From positions 5,344,001 to 5,408,000 of the forward strand of contig CBDCJO010000002.1 in NCBI GenBank assembly GCA_965217865.1: 64,000 nucleotides of DNA, given 5' to 3'. Shown piece by piece: positions 30,555-39,852 of the stretch (its first letter is position 1; each line of letters opens with the position of its first letter). Under the pieces are notes generated by a model. The model worked only from the letters and a program-made list of their open reading frames with translations, was not told where the DNA came from and did no database searches. The translations under genes and the position numbers were made by a program. This DNA is from Candidatus Latescibacterota bacterium. Its GTDB lineage: Bacteria; Latescibacterota; UBA2968; SICM01.

Positions 30555-31270
30555 AAGGGGCATGGTACGCGCGCGCGGGAACCCTTTGGAAGGATTTCTG
30601 GACCCTCTTACATCCTCCTTACACTTCCATGGTCCTTGCGTATGTGACCATCGGGGGGTGCCTCTCTCCGACGCTCCATACTGACCGGCTGGTCGGACTT
30701 CTACTGGCTTACCTGCTCGGACTCGGCGGGGCCGCCCACTTCCTGGATGAGACGCGCGGACATCCCTGGGGGACGGGATTTTCAAACCGTACCCTCTATT
30801 TCCTGACTTTCCTCACACTCACCCCAGCGGCGGGCATCGGCCTTTATTATACCTGGAGGGTCAGTCCCTGGTTTCTCTCCTTCGTTATCCTCGGGATGTT
30901 TTTCGCGTTCGCCTATAACCTGGAATGGTTCAACGGGAGATTTCATACGGATCTCTGGTTCGCCATCAGCTGGGGAGGGCTTCCCTTTCTCACCAGCTAC
31001 TACCTCCAAACGCTTTCGGTCCAACCGTGGGCCTTTGTCCTGGCCGCCACCCTGGCCTGTACCGCGGGAATTCAGATTACCCTCAGCCGGTGGATCAAAG
31101 GCTATCGCCGAGGCCCCCCGCTGGCCGCACTGAGCTATTCGGATGGCCGGTCCGAACCGCTTCAAACCCATCAACTCATAGCCCGGCCTCAACGGGCGCT
31201 GAAACTGATCGTTTATACCGTTGACCTCCTCGCAGTTGCGCTTCTCCTGCGGCATTTCATACCTGAATAG
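30551..31270 (+). CDS. Uncharacterised multi-TM protein with UbiA-like features
   Basis: LLHPPYT, AHFLDE, AYNLEWFNGRFHTD..FA.SWG; translationally coupled to the methyltransferase. Confidence 0.7.
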   Translation: MKGAWYARAGTLWKDFWTLLHPPYTSMVLAYVTIGGCLSPTLHTDRLVGLLLAYLLGLGGAAHFLDETRGHPWGTGFSNRTLYFLTFLTLTPAAGIGLYYTWRVSPWFLSFVILGMFFAFAYNLEWFNGRFHTDLWFAISWGGLPFLTSYYLQTLSVQPWAFVLAATLACTAGIQITLSRWIKGYRRGPPLAALSYSDGRSEPLQTHQLIARPQRALKLIVYTVDLLAVALLLRHFIPE

Positions 31271-31334
31271 TGGCGTTTTACAGAATTAACCTTGAATTTT
31301 GTCCGCTTTCAGACGAAGAATGTCAGTCCTAACG

Positions 31335-31508
31335 CCCTCATCCCCTGTATCCCCTTCTCCCGCTTAGCAGGAGAAGGGGACGATGACAATCCTTTCCTGT
31401 ATATTAAGAATCTCGCCTTTCCCTTCATAAAACGATTAGATCATTTTCGCTATTCCCCTCTCCCGGCACCCGGGAGAGGGGTGCCGAGCTTGCGAGGCGG
31501 GGTGAGGG
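31335..31508. repeat. Inverted pair of REP-like hairpins (CCCTCATCCCC...CCCCTTCTCC / GGGAGAGGGG...GGGGTGAGGG)
   Basis: Two GC stem-loops at 31335-31380 and 31454-31508 whose outer ends are mutually inverted. Confidence 0.65.
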
Positions 31509-31529
31509 AGCACGAAGGCGTTCCAAAAA

Positions 31530-32230
31530 GTGTGTCGCTCCGAATGGAAGAAGAATGAGATATCGGTCGTACGACTTTCCATTGCCTTTGTGATGATCTT
31601 CTTCTTCAACCCTTTGAGGCCGCTTGAAGCATCGAAGATGATGAGAGGGAAAAAGCTGAGGTTCATCTGCGGGAAGATGAGGGGGATCGGGTCATACTGG
31701 CTGGAATCGACATCCCGGCCTCATCAAAAGTTATCTGGGCCGTCCTGACCGACTACGACAACCTGGAGACCTTTGTCCCTGACATGATCCAGAGCCGCAT
31801 CCTTGAAAGGGGAGAGGAGGGCCTGATCCGGCTTGAACAGATATCCGCCAATCGATTCTTGTTTTTAAAAAAACGGGTCCGGGTGGTCCTCCAAGTCTCT
31901 GAACGACTTCACCGAAAAATCGAATTTGTCCTGATCGAAGGGGATTTCCATACCTATCAGGAGTCCTGGGAAATCGATATTGAAAAGGAACCCATCCGGC
32001 TCAATCTCAATCTTCGAACACGGCCGGCATTCTTCGCGCCCGGGTTTATCCTGGACCGTGTCCTGCGCACCTCAAGCGCCCAAAACCTGGAAGCGGTAGG
32101 GGAGGAGGCGTTGCGGCGGAAGAAGGGATCAGAGTCGGAGGTCGGAAGTCAGAGGTCAGGGAAAAGCAGTAGCAGACGGCAGGAAAGTCAAAGGCAGGAG
32201 TCAGAGATCGGAAGTCTGGGAGAGCAGTAG
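31530..32230 (+). pseudogene. SRPBCC/polyketide-cyclase family protein with signal peptide; frameshift ~31628
   Basis: IAFVMIFFFNPLRPLEA | IEDDEREK...IPASSKVIWAVLTDYDNLETFVPDMIQSR...EGDF; 3' end runs into repeats. Confidence 0.7.
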
Positions 32231-32276
32231 CAGATGGCAGGAAGGTCAAAGGTAGGGGTCAGAGGTGGGAGATCAG
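32128..32276 (+). repeat. Degenerate heptamer (GTCAGAG/GTCGGAA/GGCAGGA) array with a ~58-bp direct repeat
   Basis: agcagtagcagaYggcaggaa.gtcaaagg.agg.gtcagag starts at 32165 and 32223; further partial copy at 32418-32444. Confidence 0.75.
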
Positions 32277-32323
32277 TGGAGGAGGCCGCGATTGTTAGGG
32301 GATCCTAAACCAAAATGAATACC

Positions 32324-32366
32324 TCCTGAGCGGAGTTCCGCGTTTTTGCGGAACGTAGTCGAAGGA
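32324..32366. repeat. REP-like element (TCCTGAGCGGAG...GTCGAAGGA with internal hairpin)
   Basis: tcctgagcggagttccgcgtttttgcggaacgtagtcgaagga. Confidence 0.5.
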
Positions 32367-32514
32367 CGGGGATGGTCATGGGAGGAAATTGCAAAGTGAA
32401 AAAATCAAAAGTCGGATGTCAGAGATCGGAAGTCTGGGAGAGCACCGTCTATGGAGGAGATATTATGGCAAAAAAACCTTAAGCTCACCTGAGCAGAGAC
32501 AAGGTTTTTCCTGC

Positions 32515-32550
32515 CCTTCCAATTCTGCACGCGCGTGCAGAATTGGAAGG
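32515..32550. repeat. Perfect 36-bp loop-less palindrome
   Basis: CCTTCCAATTCTGCACGC|GCGTGCAGAATTGGAAGG. Confidence 0.95.
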
Positions 32551-32859
32551 AGAATGATCTGTATCTCTTTGTAAAAAAATCAGATAGGTAAGTTTTAAGC
32601 AGCCGAAAACTGGCCGCTTAGCTGCAACCAAAATTGGAATTGTGAACACGTGTGCACAATTGGGTTGGTGTCACCACCAGGTGCTGTTTCGGGTGCCTTC
32701 GGAGTTCCGTTTACCTTCCCTTTTCCTTCCGTTGATATTCCGTTTGTCTAGCGCTTTCCTTCCGTTCTCCTTCCAGGTTGGCTTCAGTGCCCCTGAATGT
32801 TTACTTGACAAAGATCATCTTCCGAACCGCAACCTGCTGACCTGCATGGCCGGCAGCGA

Positions 32860-33159
32860 TCAGCCTTTTTTCTTCGGCTCAAGCCGAATCACCAGCCTGG
32901 AATCAGTCGCCTGGGCGACTTTGCGGAGCATTTCTAGAGATCCACCGAGGTACTCCGGTTTTTCCAAACGGGCAATGCTCGGTTGTTGCGTCTTGAATCT
33001 TCCTGGCCAGTTCGGCCTGGCTCATGTTGTTTCGCAGACGCGCATCGATGATGCTGCGAACGCGCTGGAACTCGGGACTCTGTTCTTCGTATGCACGGCG
33101 AAATTTCGGATTCTTTTTAGTTTTCCGCGAACACTTGCCCAGGACTTCTCTGTTGGCAT
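32860..33159 (-). pseudogene. XRE/HTH antitoxin (HigA-like) with about three frameshifts
   Basis: GGAG RBS; MPTEKSWASVRGKL | KNPKFRRAYEEQSPEFQRVRSIIDARLRNNMSQAELARKI | KTQQPSIARLEN | EYLGGSLEMLRKVAQATDSRLVIRLEPKKKG*. Confidence 0.75.
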
Positions 33160-33201
33160 GATCAATCTCCTGTGTGGGCCATATAATCTCGCATTCGTTG
33201 T

Positions 33202-33875
33202 CTAAGATCTTTCGGCGAGTGTCTTCGCCTCGTATGCTTCCATCTCCGTGATCCAGGCACTTCCCGGGGGAACATTCCCCCGAACACAGAGCATGTCCCA
33301 GACGGCGCCGAAGGGCATTGCCTTGAATTCCTCCATTAGGGCAAGCCTCTGGGCGTTTTTACCCTGGTCCTCATAGGTCCTAAGAACCCCCGAAGGATCC
33401 AGCAACGAATATAGAATGGCCTTTCGCGTCGCTCGTGTTCCGATTATGTCGTGTTGAAGTCGAGGGCGATCCCGATACCTTTCGCCCACTCGATCCATTT
33501 GGAAAAGTTTTCGGGAACCTGTTCGTCACGCCCGATAGGAGGTCCGTCGGTTTCAGCGTACATGGCGTGTAGATTCGTCCTCTGAACCCCGGGCAGCAGA
33601 GCGATCACCCTGGCCAGGTCCTCCCGGATCTCATCTCCGTTTCGGGCCTTTCCAGGATAATTTCCGGTTGCCATGATTCCCGCACCCGCGATTTCCTGAC
33701 CGGCTTTCTCGAGGCCTTCCACGTCATCCGTCTGCCAGCAGTGGAGGGAGATCGGAATTTTGAGTGCTTTCTGAATGGCCTCGTCGGTATCGACTTCGAA
33801 ACCGGCATAGGCGCGCTTGGCCTGCTCATAGTTTTTTTCAATTTGCTTTGCGGGGAAAGCCGGTATAGCGTTCAT
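33202..33875 (-). pseudogene. rhaA: L-rhamnose isomerase with large internal deletion
   Basis: ISLHCWQTDDV, TGNYPGKARN, NLHAMY and LDFNTT join directly (~33447) to IIGTR...RLALMEEFKAMPFGAVWD. Confidence 0.9.
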
Positions 33876-33928
33876 CGTTTCATCTCCTTTGCGGGCACAG
33901 CCCTTTTACGCCAGGCGATTCGATGATC

Positions 33929-35887
33929 TTATTCTCCCGCTTCTCTTTCCATTTCTTCCTGCAATCGCTTTACAAAATCGTTTTCTATCAATTCCCCACG
34001 AACAGCCGTGAAATCCGATTCCTTCTCTTCGTCGTCTCCATCCGCCCCGTATCCGAATTTCGCCTCCTCTCCGAACTCCTTCTCTGCGTCGGCGAGAATT
34101 TTATTCATCGAAGTCGAAAAATCCTTCTTCTGAGCAGCCCGCATCTCGTTCAGGTCTTCCACTGAAAGATCATCTACAGATTTCCCTTCGCGTTCCTGGA
34201 AGGTCCTTCTCACCCACGCCCATTCGTCCATCGAATAAGCGTCAAAAGCCCCTTTGAAGGCATCCTGAAATTCGGAGGCATCGCTTATCCTTCCGCTTTC
34301 GATATCGTCCTCCAATGCCTTCAGCCGGTCGCCTGCGATCAACAGTCCCGAAACATCCGCCCACGTTTTACAATCGATGCACCCTTCGTCTTCCGCCAGG
34401 GAGGCACAGATCGCCTCGATCCCACTATCCTGCACAGGGGTGACGCGATCGAGGATTTTTGCATTCAAATAGGTTTTGATTCTGGCGCTATAGTTCCTTG
34501 AGCCGTGGCGTAAAAGAAGACGCTTGATGATCACGCCGTTGTATCTAATTTTTTCGACTTTCTTCGGGGTCTCTTGGTAGAACTTCGTCAAAAGCGCCTC
34601 CGCCCGGATCATTTTCTGAACGACGTAGGGGCTGAAGACTTCAAATCGGATCAGGTCTCGTTTTTGCGTCGACTTTCTCCTGTCCCGGGTCGGCCATTTC
34701 CACGCGTCCCTTCTTGTGCCCACGGAGAAAAGGTTCATGGCAGGTGTCAAATAACTTTCACCTCCCTCTTCTGTGACATAAGAGAAAGGCAGATCTCCGA
34801 TTTCGAAGTTGGTCATGTGTTTGCCGATAACGACGGAAAATGGACCGACCAGACTGGGCCAGATCAGATAGGAGAAGGATCCCATCTTGCTTCCCCTTTC
34901 CAGGACTCCCTGGTGGATAGGCCCGAGTTTGTACATGTGGTTGCTCTGGTTCGTTCCGCTCCCCGCGTTGAAGAATGAGAATAACCCTGCGACCAACAGG
35001 GTGCTCTTATGATGCGTCACGGTGTAGGGCCCCGCAAAAGCGGAGCAGGCCTCACCGTGGAGACACTCCGAGTTGGCAAAAAACAGGGAGTTCTCCGCCG
35101 TGAAGAGTTTTCCGATCTCAACTCCCTGGCCTACGAAACAACGGTCAAGCTGTGCGCCGCTGTCCACCGTAGATCCCTCTCCAATGATAAAATCATCTGC
35201 GACCACTGCCGAACCCACCCGGGTAGGCGCTATCGCTTCGCTCAGGATGGTTCCGTTTCTGAGTTTGGACGCACCGGACACCCTTGCGAAGGGACCCACG
35301 TTGACATCTCGGATCTCGGTCACATGCGAGATCATCGCGCCTTCTCCGACCCATCCGCGGTCCGAGGTGACACCTTCGACATAGGCATCGATCATGATAT
35401 CCATTCGCCGGATCATCTCCGGCCGGTACCGATGCATGGTCAGCAGGTAGGCGAATTGGCTGGACATCTCATTAAAAATCCGAACCTCCCGGCCCCCTCC
35501 CTCGTTGACCGCGTCCAGGGCAACACCATTTCCAAAGGTCGCCCCCGCAACCGTGGCCATGCTCCCGACGTCGGTTACCACGACTCCCGCTTCGATGGTA
35601 TAGTGCGAGATATGGCTCCCGATGTTTGTAACCCGTACGTTGTCCCCAAGCTCACACTCGATCAAAGTTGCGTTTCTTAATTCGGCGTTCAGCATCTGAC
35701 CGTCCGGAAGGGTTACCTGGCCTTGCAACAGGCCGATCCTGATATCTCCGATAAATGAGATATTGTGAACTCTTCCGGGATCGAAACCCTCTCTCACTTT
35801 AACTCTGGACCAATCCTCGGCAGAGCATCCGAAGATCTCCATTTCCACGATCTCTTCTTCCAATAGGTCCCTGTACCCACCCATCAT
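33929..35887 (-). CDS. DUF4954 family protein
   Basis: AEDWS, VNEGGGREV, HGEACSAFAGPYTVTHHKSTLL and NAGSGTNQSNHMYKLGP motifs. Confidence 0.88.
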   Translation of the reverse strand: MMGGYRDLLEEEIVEMEIFGCSAEDWSRVKVREGFDPGRVHNISFIGDIRIGLLQGQVTLPDGQMLNAELRNATLIECELGDNVRVTNIGSHISHYTIEAGVVVTDVGSMATVAGATFGNGVALDAVNEGGGREVRIFNEMSSQFAYLLTMHRYRPEMIRRMDIMIDAYVEGVTSDRGWVGEGAMISHVTEIRDVNVGPFARVSGASKLRNGTILSEAIAPTRVGSAVVADDFIIGEGSTVDSGAQLDRCFVGQGVEIGKLFTAENSLFFANSECLHGEACSAFAGPYTVTHHKSTLLVAGLFSFFNAGSGTNQSNHMYKLGPIHQGVLERGSKMGSFSYLIWPSLVGPFSVVIGKHMTNFEIGDLPFSYVTEEGGESYLTPAMNLFSVGTRRDAWKWPTRDRRKSTQKRDLIRFEVFSPYVVQKMIRAEALLTKFYQETPKKVEKIRYNGVIIKRLLLRHGSRNYSARIKTYLNAKILDRVTPVQDSGIEAICASLAEDEGCIDCKTWADVSGLLIAGDRLKALEDDIESGRISDASEFQDAFKGAFDAYSMDEWAWVRRTFQEREGKSVDDLSVEDLNEMRAAQKKDFSTSMNKILADAEKEFGEEAKFGYGADGDDEEKESDFTAVRGELIENDFVKRLQEEMEREAGE

Positions 35888-36113
35888 TCGTCTCCTTTTA
35901 GACGCTTTCCGAATTCGCCCTTTGGAGGGCCATCGTTATCTGTTTAAAAAACCAAGAATTAAGAATTATTATTTTACCCAAGGGAGGGCTTTCCTGTCAA
36001 GGAAATTTTCTCGGTTTTCCACACTATGAATGAAGCAAAGGCCTTTACATCCCCAGTCCTTTTGTATATATTTTTGGTTTCAATTCAGATAAAAGTTAAG
36101 AAACTGGGAATTT

Positions 36114-36866
36114 ATGCCGGGAATCAACCTGAAAATCTGTGACGATGCGGAGGGGGTCGCCCGTGAGGCGGGTGGCGTTGTGGCTGATCTGATTCGCTCT
36201 AATCCCGCGGTAGTACTTGGATTGCCTACAGGTTCAACTCCAGAGTTGACCTATGCCGAGCTGGCCAGGTTGCATCGGGAAGAGGGCCTCAGCTTTTCCG
36301 GGGTGACCACGTTCAACATGGATGAATACTGGGGCCTTGAGGGGGACCATCCTCAGAGTTACCGGGCCTTCATGAACCGAACCCTTTTCGATAATGTAGA
36401 CATCAAACCCTGGAACACACACGTTCTAAACGGGCGGGCCGCCAACCCCCATCTTGAGTGCCAGGCCTATGAGACCAAGATCCTATCGGTCGGGGGAATC
36501 CAGCTCTGGTTGATGGGCATCGGGATCAACGGGCATATCGCGTTCAACGAACCCGGAAGTTCCGTTGACAGCCGGACGCGTCTGATCAACCTTTCTCCGA
36601 GCACCATCGAAGCGAACAGCGACGGAAGATTTTTTAAGGATCCCGATGAGGTCCCTCGCTGCGCATTGTCCGTCGGAATCGGGTCCATCCGGGAGGCGCC
36701 GAAACTCCTGCTCCTGGCAACGGGTCCGGGGAAGGCCAGGGCGATAGCGGATGCCGTCGAGGGGCCTTTCAGTCCCGAATGTCCGGCGAGCCTTTTGCAG
36801 GATCATCCCGATTGCACCTTCATTCTGGATCGATCCGCTGCAGGTGAACTGAAGCAATTGGATTAA
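36114..36866 (+). CDS. nagB: Glucosamine-6-phosphate deaminase
   Basis: LGLPTGSTP, TFNMDEY, HPQSY, GIGINGHIAFNEPGS and PASLLQ.H motifs. Confidence 0.96.
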   Translation: MPGINLKICDDAEGVAREAGGVVADLIRSNPAVVLGLPTGSTPELTYAELARLHREEGLSFSGVTTFNMDEYWGLEGDHPQSYRAFMNRTLFDNVDIKPWNTHVLNGRAANPHLECQAYETKILSVGGIQLWLMGIGINGHIAFNEPGSSVDSRTRLINLSPSTIEANSDGRFFKDPDEVPRCALSVGIGSIREAPKLLLLATGPGKARAIADAVEGPFSPECPASLLQDHPDCTFILDRSAAGELKQLD

Positions 36867-36891
36867 GGGCCAACCTAAGGAAGGAAATCAT

Positions 36892-37134
36892 ATGGACAGA
36901 GAAGAAATCAAAGGGCGGGTTTTCAAAGTCGTCGAGCAAGTCCTCAAGGTTCGTGCGGAGGAGATTCAGGAACCCCACAGCTTTACGGCGGACCTGGGTG
37001 CGGAATCGGTCCAAGCGGTCGAGTTAATGGCAGGGTTTGAGGAGGAGTTCGATATCGAAATGGATGAGGATGAAGCCCTGAAGGTACAGGACGTGGCAGG
37101 GGCCATCGATTTCATCGCCGAATATGTGAGTTGA
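36892..37134 (+). CDS. Acyl carrier protein (atypical DLGAES motif)
   Basis: Acidic 80-aa protein, DLGAESVQAVEL..GFEEEFDIE. Confidence 0.88.
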   Translation: MDREEIKGRVFKVVEQVLKVRAEEIQEPHSFTADLGAESVQAVELMAGFEEEFDIEMDEDEALKVQDVAGAIDFIAEYVS

Positions 37135-37166
37135 TTTCTTATAACGGCAACGGAGGACAACAGGAC

Positions 37167-38561
37167 ATGGCAAGGGAATGGAAACTGAAAGAGACGGACA
37201 CACCCAATCTGCTCGAGGAACAGTTCGATTACAGCCTTCCGCCCCGCATATGCTGGGAGGGCCCAATATTCGAGGAGATCGACGGTAAAGTCGTTAAATT
37301 TGATCCTCAGGAGGCGATCGCCAGGGACCTGGTGATTACCGACACCACCTTTCGGGACGGCCAGCAGGCCCGGCCCCCATACACCGTCGAACAGCAGGTC
37401 ACCCTGTTCGATATGATGGCCAAGCTGGGAGGCCCCAACGGCGTCATTCGACAGTCGGAATTCTTCCTGTATACCAAGAACGATCGAAAAGCCCTGGAGG
37501 ACTGCAGGGCGTTGGGCCATCGATATCCCGAGATCACCAGCTGGATTCGTGCCAATAAAGGGGATTTTCGGCTGGTCAAGGAGGCGGGCGTCAAGGAAAC
37601 CGGAATGCTGACTTCCTCCTCCGATTACCATATTTTTTTCAAAGCCAAAAAGAACCGCCAACAGGTCTTCAACGACTATCTTGAGGTTGTAGAGGCGGCA
37701 TGGGAAGCGGAAATTCGACCTCGCTGCCATCTGGAAGACGTGACTAGGGCGGATATCGAAGGCTTCGTCCTTCCATTCGTCTCCGAACTCATGCGCCGTT
37801 CGGAGCAGGTCAATCCAGAGCTGCGCGCAAAGATCCGTCTATGCGATACCATGGGATTCGGGCTCAGCTTTCCGGGGGCGGCTCTCCCCCGATCGATTCC
37901 CAAGCTGATCTATAGGATGACCAACGATGCGGGGGTACCCTACGATTGTCTGGAATGGCACGGGCATAACGACTTCCATAAGGTTCACATCAACGCTGCG
38001 ACGGCCTGGATCTACGGATGCAATGCCGCAAACACCACCCTGTTCGGTTTCGGCGAACGCACGGGCAATCCGCCTCTAGAAGGCGCATTGATGGAATACA
38101 TCGGCCTAAAAGGATCCTTATATGGGATAGACACCATGATGGTCCAGGAGATGGCCGACTACATGCGGTCCATTGGCGTGGAGATCCCTCCGAACTATCC
38201 GTTTGTAGGGCGAGATTTTAACACCACCCGGGCGGGAATCCACGCCGGGGGATTGCGCTCAGATGAGCGGATCTACAACATATTTGACACGACGGCTCTC
38301 TTCGGGAAACCTCCGCGGGTCTCGATCACGGACAAGTCGGGTGTGGACGGCATCGCCCTCTGGGTGAACGATTTCCTCGGACTCAAAGGAAAGGATCGAC
38401 TCAGCAAGATCAAGGTGCACAGGGTTGCCCGATGGGTGATGGATCAATACGAAAGTCACGAGCGCACGAGTGCGATTACCGACGAGGAGCTGGAAGAACA
38501 GGTAAAGACTCATCTGCCGGCTTATTATGCCCGCGCCCGGAGATTGCGGGACACGGGCTGA
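37167..38561 (+). CDS. DRE-TIM (HMGL-like) acyl-CoA condensing enzyme, Re-citrate synthase-like
   Basis: ITDTTFRDGQQARPPY, SEFFLY, RCHLEDVTRAD, CDTMG, EWHGHND and GERTGN motifs. Confidence 0.85.
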   Translation: MAREWKLKETDTPNLLEEQFDYSLPPRICWEGPIFEEIDGKVVKFDPQEAIARDLVITDTTFRDGQQARPPYTVEQQVTLFDMMAKLGGPNGVIRQSEFFLYTKNDRKALEDCRALGHRYPEITSWIRANKGDFRLVKEAGVKETGMLTSSSDYHIFFKAKKNRQQVFNDYLEVVEAAWEAEIRPRCHLEDVTRADIEGFVLPFVSELMRRSEQVNPELRAKIRLCDTMGFGLSFPGAALPRSIPKLIYRMTNDAGVPYDCLEWHGHNDFHKVHINAATAWIYGCNAANTTLFGFGERTGNPPLEGALMEYIGLKGSLYGIDTMMVQEMADYMRSIGVEIPPNYPFVGRDFNTTRAGIHAGGLRSDERIYNIFDTTALFGKPPRVSITDKSGVDGIALWVNDFLGLKGKDRLSKIKVHRVARWVMDQYESHERTSAITDEELEEQVKTHLPAYYARARRLRDTG

Positions 38562-38642
38562 ACCCCGGGTCACATTTATCCTCAACACAGGCCCCACCTG
38601 AAAGGCGGGGCCTATTATGTATCAGGTTGGAGGATCACGCTG

Positions 38643-39626
38643 GTGGCACTGGTCGATCAGCTCATCTCAAAGGCGAAGAAATTACGGAAACGCGTCGTCT
38701 TTCCGGAAGGGGAAGACGAAAGGATCCGCCAGGCTGCAAAAACCCTGGCGGAAAGGGGGATCGTACGACCGATTTTGCTGGGTGAAAAAGACAGTATTAC
38801 AAACGCGATCGGTGGGCCCCAGTCAGATGGGATAACGATTATTGACCCGGGGAAGTCGGTTGAGCTATCGCGCTATTCTGCCGCCTACTCCGGACGGAGG
38901 GAAGGTATAACCGTCCCGGTGGCCAGGCGATTGATAAAGAGGCCGCTCTTCTTCGGGGCAACCATGGTGAGAGAAGGGGACGCGGATGCCGCCGTCGCCG
39001 GTGCAACCATGCCCACCGCACGGGTCATATCCGCAGGGGCGCTGGCAATCGGCTTTGAGAAAGGAGTCCGCCAGGCCTCAAGTTTTTTTATTCTGCTTCT
39101 GGAGGGGGAGACGGAACGCGTCTTGATCTACGCGGATTCCGCGGTGGCCGTTGATCCCACTTCGAACGAACTGGCTCAGATCGCGGTGATCACCGCGCGC
39201 AACGCCGGCCGTTTGCTGGATATCGAACCCAGGATTGCAATGCTCTCGTTTTCCACACACGGAAGTGCGGACCACCCTCGTGTTGAAAAGGTCCGAGAAG
39301 CAACACGCATTGCCAGAAAGATGGCTCCAGACTTGAAAATCGACGGAGAGATTCAACTGGATGCGGCAATCTCACCGGGGGTATCCAAGAAAAAATCCCC
39401 CGAATCCTCTCTCAAAGGAGAGGCGAATGTTCTTATTTTTCCGGACCTGGATTCGGGCAATATCGCCTATAAGTTGACCCAGTATTTGGCATGCGCAAAG
39501 GCCATCGGACCGGTAATGCAGGGGTTCCGCAGGCCTATCAACGACCTGTCACGCGGGGCTTCTGTAGAGGATATCGTCGCCCTTGCCGCAATTTCGGCGA
39601 TACAGGCGGAGGGAAGGGGAGGGTAA
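38643..39626 (+). CDS. pta: Phosphate acetyltransferase
   Basis: VFPEGED.R, AMLSFST.GS, DGEIQLDAA, FPDLDSGNIAYK and NDLSRG motifs. Confidence 0.93.
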   Translation: MALVDQLISKAKKLRKRVVFPEGEDERIRQAAKTLAERGIVRPILLGEKDSITNAIGGPQSDGITIIDPGKSVELSRYSAAYSGRREGITVPVARRLIKRPLFFGATMVREGDADAAVAGATMPTARVISAGALAIGFEKGVRQASSFFILLLEGETERVLIYADSAVAVDPTSNELAQIAVITARNAGRLLDIEPRIAMLSFSTHGSADHPRVEKVREATRIARKMAPDLKIDGEIQLDAAISPGVSKKKSPESSLKGEANVLIFPDLDSGNIAYKLTQYLACAKAIGPVMQGFRRPINDLSRGASVEDIVALAAISAIQAEGRGG

Positions 39627-39697
39627 AGGGTTATGATTATTCACAGGGAGGGGCATATTTTGTAACCATCTGCGTGAACGATAAAGAACCTTTGTTT
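39626..39697 (+). pseudogene. Stub of a REP-associated tyrosine transposase (RAYT, Y1_Tnp)
   Basis: KGYDYSQGGAYFVTICVNDKEPLF matches the RAYT N-terminal GYDYSQ.GAYFVTIC motif; REP-like palindromes adjacent. Confidence 0.75.
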
Positions 39698-39701
39698 CGC
39701 A

Positions 39702-39812
39702 GACCCACCCCGCCCCGGCGTGACTTAAGCCGGGGCGGGGTGGGTCATATCCCATGCTCATCTATCCAATTCCGAATCCCATGCAAACAGGGCGGTTCGC
39801 GAACCGCCCTAC
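39702..39812. repeat. 18-bp perfect stem-loop (39702-39746) and REP-like palindrome AGGGCGGTTCGCGAACCGCCCT(AC) (39789-39812)
   Basis: Read directly. Confidence 0.8.
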
Positions 39813-39852
39813 GGAATACAAAAGTCCGGCCAATCCCGAATCGGTTCATCGG

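Noticed and set aside
32642-33205. 187-aa plus-strand ORF
   Set aside because: Shadow of the minus-strand antitoxin pseudogene and low-complexity repeats; no recognisable motif
37167-38561. Phosphonate biosynthesis (phosphinomethylmalate synthase-like)
   Set aside because: Same enzyme family, but no PEP mutase or other phosphonate genes nearby; a Re-citrate-synthase-like role is more parsimonious
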